Below the pieces are notes generated by a model. It saw only the letters and a program-made list of their open reading frames with translations. It ran no database searches and was not told where the DNA came from. Positions 39,610-52,108 of a stretch of DNA of 64,000 nt are shown here, one piece after another. The position numbers and the translations under genes are program-made. The stretch spans positions 13,020,001 to 13,084,000 of the forward strand of contig OZ024746.1 of assembly GCA_964016885.1 (NCBI GenBank), in the 5' to 3' direction. How positions within the stretch are numbered: the stretch's first letter is position 1; the number at the start of each line of letters is the position of its first letter. The DNA comes from Eledone cirrhosa. Lineage: Eukaryota.

Positions 39610-39900
39610 TATCAACCGTTTACGTCAATCACAAATGATTCGTCGTTTTTCCAAAAACCACTAACTTCTAAATTACAATAAAAGCAATTGAAGTTAAAGC
39701 TGTACATCCCAACAAACTCTAAACAGTTCGCAGTTTTCATTGGCGACTGCCGTTTACTTGCACGCTGCTTCTAGATATAGATATATATATATATACATGC
39801 ACTAAATTTAACGCCTTCTGTGACAATACGCGGCGAAAAATAGTTTAGTAGATGCCAACGACTATTTAATCACAAATCCAAGGATAAATTTTAAAATATT
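39610..39900 (-). promoter_or_regulatory. HEXIM 5' UTR/promoter region, CpG-retaining
   Basis: CpG-rich by eye compared with the flanks. Contains CCAAT (39739-39743, minus), TGACGTAA (~39620-39627), a TA run (39775-39795) and an E2F-like TTTTCGCCGCG (~39829-39839). The TSS is unknown. Confidence 0.45.
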
Positions 39901-41584
39901 TCATTGAACTTTTAATATTTATTTAAAATTAAAACATTAAGCTATACAGAAAAAGATTATATATCTATGTAACCAGAATAATATGAAAAAAATATTAGTA
40001 AAATGTGCGGATTTATACGTAAATAGTGCCTTAATATAATGATTGGACAGTGTTGGAAAAAGGGGAAGTTACTCCAGAAAAAAAATCAGAATTTTATTTG
40101 GCATTCACATTTTAATTAGATTTCATTTCTTCCTCACCATAATTTTTCGTTCTCTCTTACGAAGTAACACTATCAATGATAGGTTTGAATACAATATATA
40201 TATATTGCAATTTGTTATTTTATCTGAGAGCAAGAAATTTGACAATAAATGAAAACAATCAAGATTTCATAAACATTATTGCTGATGCGTAAATCCTTCT
40301 GAAAATATGCTTGCAGTTATTCCTTTCATAAACATTTATTATTTAATGACAAATGTGTAAAAAAAAAGGATATTTTTCAAAGTAATAATTCGTGATCGCG
40401 AACCATATTCCGCAAAGAAATTGTTGGTTCTTCATTTGGTATTTCGTACTAAAATCTAATCGTATATAATTTTTAATATATATTCTTTTTGATTCTGTTA
40501 GTTGCTTTCTTTTATTCTACGAAAGCAGCGAAATACACTATTTCAGATTTCATCCATTTATTTTTTAAAATAATTTTATGTTTATATCATAGTAATTTTT
40601 TCACCAGCATTTTCTTTTCTGTTTTTATTTAAATTGTAAAGCCGTTTGTTTTTCTTGTGGATTCCACAGATATTAATTAGAAATTAAGAAAATTAGAGAA
40701 CTTAATAACTTCGAATTTAAGCATCTTCAAAATAAATGAAATCAGCACAATAATTGCAGACTTTTATCGAACACACTTCTTTTGAAGTGTTCTCGTTAAA
40801 GTAATGTTTTTTAATGTTTCCGTACATCTTGAGATGAACATCACTAAATAAAATGCATCTAAAACCTAGAAAAAATATATAAATTTAGTTTCTTTGTCTT
40901 CGTAATACTATTATATGTTTTTTAGAGACAATTTGATGGGCCTCCACATTTGATATAGTCGGGGCAATGTTTTAAGGTGTGTGTGTGTGTGCAAGTGACG
41001 AACAGCAAGACGTAATTTCCCAGCAAGCTGAAAGAAGGATGTTTTTTTTTATTTTCTACGCTATAGTTAGGTTTTCAAGGAAATTTATTGAGCTTCAACT
41101 CATCGTATTTCCTCACTTCTATAAATATATGTTCTGTTATTTTTCCTAAATGAACATGTTAGTATTGTTATCTCTATAATCTATTTACACACACACATGG
41201 ATTGTATAATAGACAAACAATACTAACATTACTTAATCATTGTATATAAATATACATACATGTGTGTGTATATATTAGGAGTTTCACTTATTCTTACATT
41301 ACCATTGGTTTCGTAGACGTAAACAAATATGTCTAACTCCTCAGATGCGGTAGGGAATAAATGAAATTGTTTATATATATAGAAATATATATATGTGTGT
41401 AACTTCCACACTATGCGTTGATTACTCTTTTCATTCGTTTATACACACAATATCATCGCGGCCATGCTTGGGCACCGTCTTGATTTAGGCAATCGTATCG
41501 ACTCTAGTACTAATTTTATCATAAACAGAGACAAAAACGTAAACATAGATACAGACACACACACATACATGTACATACATATTG

Positions 41585-41990
41585 ACTGCAACTCGGCTTC
41601 AAGGATTGCCATCCCTTGACCTTTTTCTTATACATGGGTGGCATGAGCATAACCTTCCCAAGGATTTAGATTCCTTTCTGCATATGCTGCAGCGAAAGAA
41701 TAAAGAAAAGGCCATGGTCATGCAACACACATCAAAGTCTTTAAGATCAAATGATGTCTGTGTTTGAAGCTTTTTAAGTGAAGAATGGCCTTGCACTGGA
41801 CCAATCCCACTCTCTAAACAATGGTGACAGGTATCCCAAAAGAACAGGTCAATGTCATTAGCTGCCATCAAGTAGCAGGTTTTACATCAGTTTTCCTTCT
41901 AGAATGATGTCCATACAAGAATTAGGGGTCTCTCACTCCCGGTGGACTAAGCTTGGGCACCAAACTGAATATTTCCATGTCCCTGCGCAT
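41585..41990. repeat. Interspersed repeat with a second copy at ~45510-45780
   Basis: Shared GTGTTTGAAGCTTTT..TAAGTGAAGAATGG.CTTGCACTGGACCAATCCCACT.TCTAAACAATGGTGACAGG ... TAGGGGTCTCT. Confidence 0.75.
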
Positions 41991-42029
41991 TACATATACA
42001 CACACATACTACATATATATATATATATA

Positions 42030-43285
42030 TACAGAAATTCTATAAGGTGCACACAATATAAACTATGGATGGACAAGAGATGTAGTGGGATTGCAGGTGG
42101 GCTAACAGAAAAGGTAGACTTTACATGTGGCTGATGCATAGTGGAAGTGAGCACAGAGAACACATGTGAAATAGATTCCTTCAGCTGCCAGTGGGGGCTC
42201 CTTAGAAGTTGTTGACAGCTTTTGCTACCTAGGCAATCAAATTAGCTGAAAGTGTGATAGCTAGGATAAGAACAGACTGGAAGAAGTTTAGAGATCTATT
42301 ACCGCTACTAACAACAAAATGCTTCTCTTAGAGTGAAGGGTAAACTGCGTGCGAACTGCAATGTTATATGGCAGTGAAACATGGGCCTTGATTCTGCAGA
42401 AGATTTGTGGAGGCTAGAAAGAAATGAGTCGAGTATGCTCCAATGGATGTGTAATGTTAGTGTGCATGAGCAACATAGCATAAGTAAACTGAGAGAAAAA
42501 CTTGGCACAAGAGGAATTGGATGTAGTGGGAAAGAGAGAAGATTGCATTGGTGTGGGTATATGATGCACATGAAAGATAACAGCTGCATAAATAAATGCA
42601 GAGAAACTCCAGTTGCTGGGACCTGTGGAAGAGACAAACCCAGGAAGACATGGGATGACTGACCTTAAAGAACTAAACCTCACAACAGAAATGACTAAAG
42701 ACAGCTAGGACTGGCACTATGAGGTGCTGAATAAGACCTGATCTGCAACATACAATGTTGCCTGACCTATCCCTGCATCCCCTCCACTTCCACTACCACT
42801 CACTAACAAGTATTCTTAACACCACATACACCGCATGCACCCCCACCCACCCCCACATTCCTAGCTGCTGACCCCCTTGTGAAGTGGTTGGTGATGGAAA
42901 AGGCATCCAGCGATGGAGGGGGGTGGCTTGCCAGACAAAGGGTTGGGAGGACCCTTCAGTCATGTCAAGGACATGACATCCTCCCTAGTGTTTGGTGATC
43001 TATACGATAAACGCACCTAGTACATGTTGTAAAGTGGTTGAGGATAGGAAGGGCATTCAGTTGTAGAAAGCTTGCCAAAGAAAGGGTTGTGAGAACCTTC
43101 AGAGTGTCAAAGAAATGAGAACCTCTCTTGTGCACTTAGTAGAACGCGTGACTGTATGTAAGTGAGACAACAGATCCCTGGCCTATCTGGGAGATCAGTA
43201 GCCACTACTTCAGTACTGACTTGGTCTATGTAGACTCATCTAACCATTGCTAGCAGGGAAAGCAGTCGTTAAAACAATGATGACA
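42030..43285 (+). mobile_element. Degenerate RTE LINE 3' half with long 3' UTR
   Basis: SIRCTQYKLWMDKRCSGI (Cys-rich insert), VDSFCYLG, RLERNESSMLQWMC, KPRKTWDD. The UTR carries the GGTTG..GGAAGGGCATCCAG motif and the AACCAT.GCTAGCAGGGAAA...GTTAAA..ATGATGA tail. Confidence 0.85.
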
Positions 43286-43319
43286 TATATATATACACAT
43301 ATGTCTACATATGATGATT

Positions 43320-44820
43320 GCTCCATCCTATCAGACAAGAGGTGTCTCAACACCATTGCGATCCCTCCACCAAGTTTACACCCTTCCATGTGTACAAAGG
43401 TGACTTCAATCTAGCAACTGCTTTACAAGGTCTTCTGGGTTTATTGGATCAAGATGTAGAATTTTATAATGATGAACCTTCCTATGGACATTACACTCAT
43501 CGGTAAGATCACATTTAAATCAATCAAGTGCCCATGCTTTGATATCAGATGAGCTCATGTAATTTTGTATCTGAAGAATATATTGGAAATTGTCAAATTG
43601 TGTTCTGAACATAGTTCAAGTAGCTTCAGACCATTTTCATTCACTTTACCAATCCTATGCCAACCAAGAACATTCCAAGTTCCACAGTCCCTGCCAACAC
43701 ATGAATTGAATTCACCAAGAAGTGTTATTTGCCATCATTCGGTATGGCAGTAATGGCTGCATGAAGGCATTCATAGAAAGTCATAACAGTTTCTTCATTG
43801 GCTTGGAGAGTTGGAGATTAAACTGAAAAGATTGTCACAAAACGTCCACAGAAGGGTGGTTTCATTATATGATCAGTATTGCTAGACAGTCACTGAAAAT
43901 GTTTTGCCAATGTTGTTCTGATAGCAAAACCAACCCCATCTTCTTGATGCTCACCTTAGGGCTTACCAACCCTGAAAAGTGTATATCCTGATGATACTTC
44001 AGTCAACTGATCTTCACCTCACAGACGTGTTTCTGAGAGAGCTGAAATATCTATATGCAGTCTTTGAAGTTCCTTAGTTACAAGTACAGTTCTTCTTTCT
44101 GGTCAGTTTGATGAATTTTGGTCCAAAAATGTTCTAACATCTATTCTGCTCCTGCTGACATGAACAACTGTTAACTGCAGGAAACTAACCAGTATTGATA
44201 TGACAGGCAATGTTCAGTGCACCTTTTCTAGCACTTTCCCAATACACTGGGGGAGCAGTACTCTCTCTAACAATGCTGCTCGGACACAAGAGCCTCCACT
44301 GAAGTTAGTTCTTATCACTGGAAGACACAACAATGATGTTAAGATAAGCCCCCTGCCATCTATGTGTATATTTGTAATGGATTGCTTCTAACTGGTTCGG
44401 TCTGCACATGTCACCTCTCCTCCATCACCATATGACTTTTAACAAATGAAATCATGAAAGAGATATCTGTACATCCTTGGATTGTAGAGTTATACACCAT
44501 GAGTACCACTCTTTAGTCTCAGTGATTATTATGTAAACCACAGGTTTTATTTCAGAGTTTCCCTCTCCTAGAAGAATATTGTAGCAACGGCTTGGGGTCC
44601 TTCACTTGTAAATGAGTTGTAGTAGTTTGTTGACAGTTAATCAAGGTGGTTCTTCAGCTCAGCATCAAATCACATACGCCATTGTTTCTGGCTTGAATTC
44701 ATCTACCGTTGTTCACCATCCACGCTGCAAACACATGGTTTCCTAATCCTGGCAGGGAGGTTCCTAGGTGTTGGGCCTTGCCTAAGGGGCTATTCATGGT
44801 TTTGTGTGGGTCTGCTTACA
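43320..44820 (-). mobile_element. Degenerate RTE LINE 5' half (APE endonuclease plus putative 5' UTR)
   Basis: Minus strand reads DVRTFLD...PERRTVLVTKELQRLHIDISALSETRL...GYTLFRVGKP...GVGFAIR...SPTLQANEE...LLGEFNSCVGRD...IGKVNENGLKLLELCSEHNLTISN. The 5' limit is uncertain. Confidence 0.8.
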
Positions 44821-45369
44821 CATACACATATGTATATATATACACATACACATATGTATATATATATATATACACACATATTAAATTCTGCAAAGGAAAT
44901 CTAAAATTGAAAGAGCCATTAGAACATTGAATAGAATACTTTGTTGTATTCATCCCAGTTCTCTCAGGTCAAATCCTACTGAGGTCAATTTTGCTTTTCA
45001 TCCTTTCCAGATTGATAACAAAGGTACCTATCCAAGTACTGGGGTTGATTCTTTCTCTACATCTCTTTCTCTCACACATTCTCTTATCTGTGTGTTCAGA
45101 CCTGGAGAGGAATGGGTGTCATCAGGTTTAAAATGCCCAAGACACATCATATATCTCTATGGTGTCCCTACAACTCTATCAGAAGTTATGGATCCATACA
45201 TACATATAAAGTCAATGTAACCTTCTTATAGTCTTCGACTGACAATATCCTAAACCTCATTCGCTTACCAAATAGGGTGGAACCAGTCAAATTGAACCAA
45301 GGGAACAATGCTGTCATTGGTCTTTCCATTGCTGATACTATCTACTGGTTGCAACTCTTGGCAGAAAGA

Positions 45370-45478
45370 GAAATGTGAAATAAAGTTTCTTGCTCAAGGA
45401 CATAACGCATCACCTGGTTAGGGAATCAAACTCACAACCTCATGATTGTGAATCTAATTCTCTAACCACTCAGCCATA
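45370..45478 (-). mobile_element. tRNA-head/CORE-like SINE fragment
   Basis: Reverse complement ATGGCTGAGTGGTTAGAG...GAGTTTGATTCCC...TGTCCTTGAGCAAGAAACTTTATTTCAC. Second copy at ~47925-48032. Confidence 0.7.
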
Positions 45479-46349
45479 CTCCTTATGGACTTGGCTGTTT
45501 ATACATAATGGCTGCATCTCAGTTTCGAGAATTGCCATCCCTTTCCAAGCGAATGAAAGAAGAAAAGGCCATGCTCACACAACACATGTGAAAGTAATTT
45601 AGATCAAGTAATGCCTGTGTTTGAAGCTTTTTTTAAGTGAAGAATGGGCTTGCACTGGACCAATCCCACTTTCTAAACAATGGTGACAGGTCAAGATCAT
45701 TAGCTGCCATCAAGTAGTAGGTTTTACATGCGAGTTTTCCTTCTCCTAGAATGATGCCCAAACAAGAACTAGGGGTCTCTTAGAAAGGTTGTTATGTCCT
45801 CAGCAAAGCTAGGGATTCATTAAAGAAAAAAACAAAAAACAGGTATTGTTTTTTTTCTATTTGGAGCAAACTAAACCTGAATATTGAAATCAAATATAAT
45901 ATTTAATATGCACACCTCTGAATGAAAAGATATATCTGGTTTTATTTGATTCATCGCGCTTCTTTGATTATCACTGCCATCATAGTTGTTAATATAGTTA
46001 AAATAGTATTGACTAATCCAGGCCTCATTTAGTTTCATTTCCAAGTAGCTTGGTCACTAATGTGTGCTCTTTTGTGTCTGAATTCATTGGGGTATATATA
46101 TAATATCAATTAATGTTATAGTATTATTCTGATTGCCAACACATCAATAACATGAGGTTAAGAGATGAGAATCTAATGTTTGAACAATCTAATAAATCAA
46201 AAACATAACTCTAAGAAGTCAAAATATTTTCTATCAGGGAATACAGATCAAAGCATTTATATACACACATAACATGAACTGTAATCTTAATGCTTCACTT
46301 GAGTTATTAGTTCTTATTGAGCTTTGTGCAAGGATTATTAGATAATGTA

Positions 46350-46720
46350 GCAGCTACATTCCAGCGTAAAGTGTGTATGGAGGGAGCTATAGATGGAGAG
46401 GATGTTGGGCTGGATCTTAGGAATGGTGTGAAAACATTTTGTTACCTTGGAGACCTGTTGAAAGGAGAAAGAGAAGGTGGATCAGACTCTGTGACAGTAT
46501 CTAGAGTGAGATGTACATGGAACTGGTTCCAGGAACTGAGTGGTGTAATAATGAGTAGAGATGTGTCACTGAAACTGAAGGGAAAGGTGTAAGCTACATG
46601 TGTGAGAAGTGCTGTGATTTATGGGAGTGATACATGAGTGATGAATGTAGAGTAGCAGAGAAGGCTAGAAAGAATGGAAATGAGAATAGTTCAGTGGATG
46701 GGTGGTGTATCATAGAGAGA
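46350..46720 (+). mobile_element. RTE RT C-terminal fragment
   Basis: VKTFCYLGD...SRVRCTW...LKLKGKV*ATCVRSAVIYGSDT*...RLERMEMRIVQWMGGVS. Confidence 0.8.
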
Positions 46721-48171
46721 AGGGGAGAAAGAAAATCATTGAATTTCAGATACAAGGCAAACTCACTAGAGTTGGTACCATGATAAAATGCACCAAGTAT
46801 TCTATGTAAAATGGTTGGTGATTAAACATAGGACAAAGAAGGCAGATCTTCAATCCTGCTGAAGACATAACGTCTCTAGTGCTTGTGCCACAATAAAATG
46901 CACCAAGTGTACTCTGTAAAAATATTGGCATTAGGAAGGACATCAAAAACAGAACATACAAGCAAGATGTGGTTCTCTAGCCCATCTAGTTTCAAACTGT
47001 GATGACCTATCAAACCCATACCAATGATGATGAAGGTGATGGTGGTAGTGATGATGATGTTGATGATTCTCATTCAATAAATCAACCACTAACTTAGTAC
47101 TTTATTTCCCAGGCAACACCAGGTATACTTCTAGTAAGCACTAAATATCAATCATTATGCTGAATTATCTGACACTTATATTGAATGCCACCAAAAAAAT
47201 TAATACTTTGCTTTGAAAATCTGAAAGAAAATGGTTCTTTTCTCAATATACACCCAATCTTAGTTTAGCTCAGATGACAATATAAGGGATCTGTCACTAT
47301 ATTTTTTTACTTTCTGGGTTTGGGATGTTTAATATCATTTAAAAAAATTGGGTTCAACCTTGCTTTACAGCAATTAATTCAACTTTTTTTTTGTTGTATC
47401 ATATGTCAACATATTTTTTAAAATATATATTTTTGAATTGTTGGCAAAAGTTGTATCTGAGAACAGGTGTTTTCCTAACAGGTAACTCTTTTTACAGTTG
47501 ACTACTTGACTACTATCAATAGGACGACTATTATTTACTTTTAATACTGCCAACTAATAAATAAGAAAAATAACACATAATTTATGAGTTTAAAACTTTA
47601 ATCAAACAAAATTAAGTATTTCAGTATTGCAATATGTAAAACTATATGTGTACATATATGTGCATGGAAAAACAAAAAAAAAAAAAAACATAAAATGTTG
47701 ATTATATATCATCATTATTTTATGTCCACTTTTCCTTGCTTGCAAGGGTAGGACGAGAACTGATTCTGGCTTGATTTCTACAGCTGGATGCCCTTCCTAA
47801 CACCAACCTCATTTACAGTGAGTGCTGGGTGCTTTTTTGCCGTGGCACCTCCACGACCACTTTGCAGTGGAATGATATGGAACCCAGTCCCTATCATCTC
47901 ATTTCTACAGCTGAGTAAACTGGAGCAATGTGAAATAAAGTCTCTTGCTCAAGGAAACAACACATCACCTGGTCTGATAATTGAACTCACAACCTTTCAA
48001 TTGCAAGGCCAATGCTCTAACCACTAAGCCATGTGCCTCCATATATATATATATATATTTGTTTATATATATATATTTACATACATATCATCACCATTGT
48101 ACGTCCGCTTTTCCCTGCTTGCAAGAGTGGGACATATATATTTGTATATATATATATTTACACACACACAA

Positions 48172-48179
<8 letters not shown>

Positions 48180-48257
<78 letters not shown>

Positions 48258-48258
48258 A
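48180..48258. repeat. (TA)n microsatellite
   Basis: Direct read. Confidence 0.95.
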
Positions 48259-49038
48259 TTGTCAGAATCAGTTTTTAAAGATGGTTACTGACAACTTACT
48301 GTAGATCTACATAAACACAGTGTCAATATGTGTCTGTGCATAAACACAGTGTCAATATGTGTATGTGCACGTAGATAAACATAGAGGAATAATATGCAAG
48401 TGTGTATGTAATGAATTTTCTATTTTTATAAAAACGAAATTGGATATGCACTAAATTTTGTTGTTGTTGTAACATTCAGATATTGTTCCATCTAGTAATC
48501 TAGATTAGATTACAGAAGAAGCTGTTTTCTATCTTTAATAAAATTACAACAATTACCATTGAGAAAATAAATGGATTTGGTTTTGAAAAAGAAACCCCCC
48601 AAAACATGGTCGTTTCCCATAAAGATAAATTAACATTTCAAAACATAACTATATTCTGGCTAAGTAACTGAAAGTATCTTTTGAGAAAATATTGAGTTTC
48701 TACATAGATATCACTAATAGTTCTGCATTAACCTAAAACTACAAATAACAAATTTACAGAACTATTCAACCCATAGAAAATTAAATATAAAATATACTGA
48801 AGTGAAAACCTAACAGTTAGTGTGTTTTACTATATTTTTCTGGCAATATTAGAACAACATGACTCTTCCCAAATATAAGAATATTGTTGGATATAGATTT
48901 ATGGATAAAGGAAATTACAATAGTGTTATGAATGTGATTATATTGTTTTATTTTGATACAGTAGTTTTGTAGTCAAGGTATCCCTCCATCTTTGTCACAT
49001 TATGGAAATCTTAAATCATCCAAACTATTACATTGTTC

Positions 49039-49266
49039 TTAAGCCTTTCCTGACCACATTTTCTAAAGAAATACACTCTATTTTAATCAGTCAAGGGATT
49101 TACTAAAATTATTAATCATTTCATTTCTAAGATTGTAACTTAATGTAAGGTTCTTATATAAAATTATGTTGTAAGATTTCAATTTAAATTGGAAACCTCT
49201 AGAATGGGTGGTTTTATTTCATAGAACCAGACCCAGTTTTGGCCGGGTTGGTAACTAAAGGGTTAA
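49039..49266. mobile_element. Another TTAA-flanked MITE (degenerate)
   Basis: TTAA-GCCTTTCCTGACC ... GGTAACTAAAGGG-TTAA. A similar left end occurs at ~15106. Confidence 0.55.
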
Positions 49267-49784
49267 TAGAGTTTCCCATCATCTAGTATTTCTTTTTCTT
49301 TTCGGTTTACAACACTAGAAAAGAATCGATTGTTGTTGTTGTTGGTACTTTTATTATAGTCATTTAAGTTTTTATGTTTTCTTCTTTTGTGCTTGTCAAA
49401 TTGCAACTGCTTATGTTTATAACTGTCACTGTTTAAATGTCATTTTTTTCTGTTTATCTTGTTTTTGTTTTCAAAATTTTGGTGGTTGAGGTGTATTACC
49501 TACTATTAATTTGATGTCTTCCACCTCCTCCCAGGACAACAGATGTGGATATATTAAATTGCTAATACACAAAGAAAATTGATGTTTGCAAAAATATGCA
49601 TACACAATAAAATGTCAAAGGAGGAACCTTTTCTTTCTAGGTAATGGGGTGGGTATTTGAATATTCTAAAATTCTTTGTTTGTAAAAAGAACCAAAACAA
49701 AAAACATATTTCATCAAGTAATCTCAGTAGAAAATATCTTCTAAGTAGAGCTCTGTGAAACAACCATTTACAGCAAATAATAAC

Positions 49785-50425
<641 letters not shown>

Positions 50426-50571
50426 GTATAATGAGGAGACTTTATGGTGCAAGTTTTCAAATATTTCAGGGGAAGAGTGTAGTCAATTTAATTTTATCAT
50501 ACTCATGACTTACTTTTATCAACATTAGATGGTATCCAGTCCAGCGTATTGCTATTTCTAAGCCCTGCATC

Positions 50572-51512
50572 CATCATCATCATCATCATCATCAACGTTT
50601 AACGTCCGTGTTCCACGCTTGCATGGGTTTGGACGGGGGTAGTCCCACTTGAGGCAAGAGTGATTGTCTTGCTCGCATAGGACTGTCTGGCAGGTTTTCT
50701 ACAGTTGGATGCCCTTCCTAACACCAACCACATTTACAGTGTGGGTCTGGGAGGTTTTTACCGTGTTGCCTACACGGCCACATTACAGCGTGGACTGTGT
50801 GTTTTTTTTGTCGTGACACCTACACGATCTCATTTGTTTCGGCCTCGATGGCGCGGCACCAACATAACTTTACATAGAACGGGGTGGTGTGGATGGGGTG
50901 GGGGTGGGGGTGGTGGGACGGGGTGTATTTTGTTAGAGATGCCTACTGGCTGGAGTAGGTTTTACTATATATTTAGGTAAGGCGGGTCTTCTCTGTTACT
51001 GAGTACCGCCAAAGGTCTCGGTCCAGTGACATTGTCTTGGAGAGGTGTAAGTGTGTGATGTCGGAGTTTATCAGCTCGTCCCAGGTTTTTCTAGGTCTGC
51101 CTATTCCGTGACTACCGTCTATCTTTATTGCCCTGCACTTTGTTATACAGCTATCGACTTTCATGCGCATCACGTGTCCATACCAACGTAGCCTTCTCTC
51201 GAGTAAACAACATCTGATCCCTCTTATCTCTAATTTTTTCCTTAGTTCGTTTATGCTTTGCCGTTCACGTATATTACTGTTACACATCCAGCGGAGCATG
51301 CAAGCTTCGTTCCTCTCTAGTCTGCGTATATCCTCTGCACACAATGCCCAGGTCTCACTGCCATGCAGCATTGCTGTTCGTATGCAGGCATCGTACAACC
51401 TGCCTTTCATTTTTAGTGAGAACCCTTTAGCAGCTAATAGTGGTATAAGCTCTCTGAACTTTTTCCAACCAGTTCTGACTCTAGCTACAGTACTTTCAGA
51501 GCACCCATCCAT
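50572..51512 (-). mobile_element. Young 5'-truncated RTE LINE with open C-terminal ORF, 3' UTR and (GAT)n tail
   Basis: 179-aa open frame ARVRTGWKKFREL...AMLHGSETW...LRWYGHVMRM...GRPRKTW. The UTR contains family C motifs and ends GGACGTTAAACGTTGATGATGATG. Confidence 0.9.
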
Positions 51513-51526
51513 CTTAATAATAATTA

Positions 51527-52108
51527 CAATGATGCTATACCCAATGACTGGTACAACAGCATCATATTCAACTGCTACAAGGGCAAAAGTGATGAACTAG
51601 ACAGAGGAAACTACCGAGGCATCAAATTGATGGACCAGTCCATGAAAGTTAACAGAAAGAGTCATTGTATAACTGATTAACCTAGATGAGATATAAATTG
51701 GATTTATGCCAGGTAAAAGTACCATGGATGCTCTCTTCCTTGTGAAGCAATTGCAGGATAAGTACCTAGCAAAAAGTAAACCCCTCTACTTAGCATTTGT
51801 TGACCTGGAGGAAGCTTTTGACAGGGTTACCCGGTCTGTAATTTGGTGGGCCCTTAGAAAACTAAAGGTGGACGAGTGGCTTGTGAGGGCAGTACAAGCC
51901 ATGTACAGAGGTGCATTCAGCAAGTAGAGTAGCCAGAGTGAGATCTGGATGGAGAAAGTTCAGGGAGCTACTACTGCTGCTCGTTACAAAAGGTTTGAGG
52001 TGTATTTACGAACAGCAATGTTGCATGGTAGTGAGACCTGGGCGCTATATGCAGAGGGTCTACATAGATTGGAAAGAAGTGCTTGCATGCTCCGATGGAT
52101 GTGTAATA
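51527..52108 (+). mobile_element. Internally deleted RTE RT fragment, oriented opposite to its neighbour
   Basis: IPNDW...CYKGKSD...GNYRGIKLMD, GFMPGKSTMDALF...AFVDLEEAFDRV, then a jump to ARVRSGWRKFREL...MLHGSETW...MLRWMC. Confidence 0.85.

Noticed and set aside
39294-39638. 114-aa ORF antisense to HEXIM
   Set aside because: A shadow frame with a non-ATG start and no recognisable motif.
39700-41500. 7SK snRNA gene linked to HEXIM
   Set aside because: I found no GGAUG…CAUCC terminal pairing with the GAUC-GAUC stem and Pol III terminator by eye. An Infernal search would be decisive.
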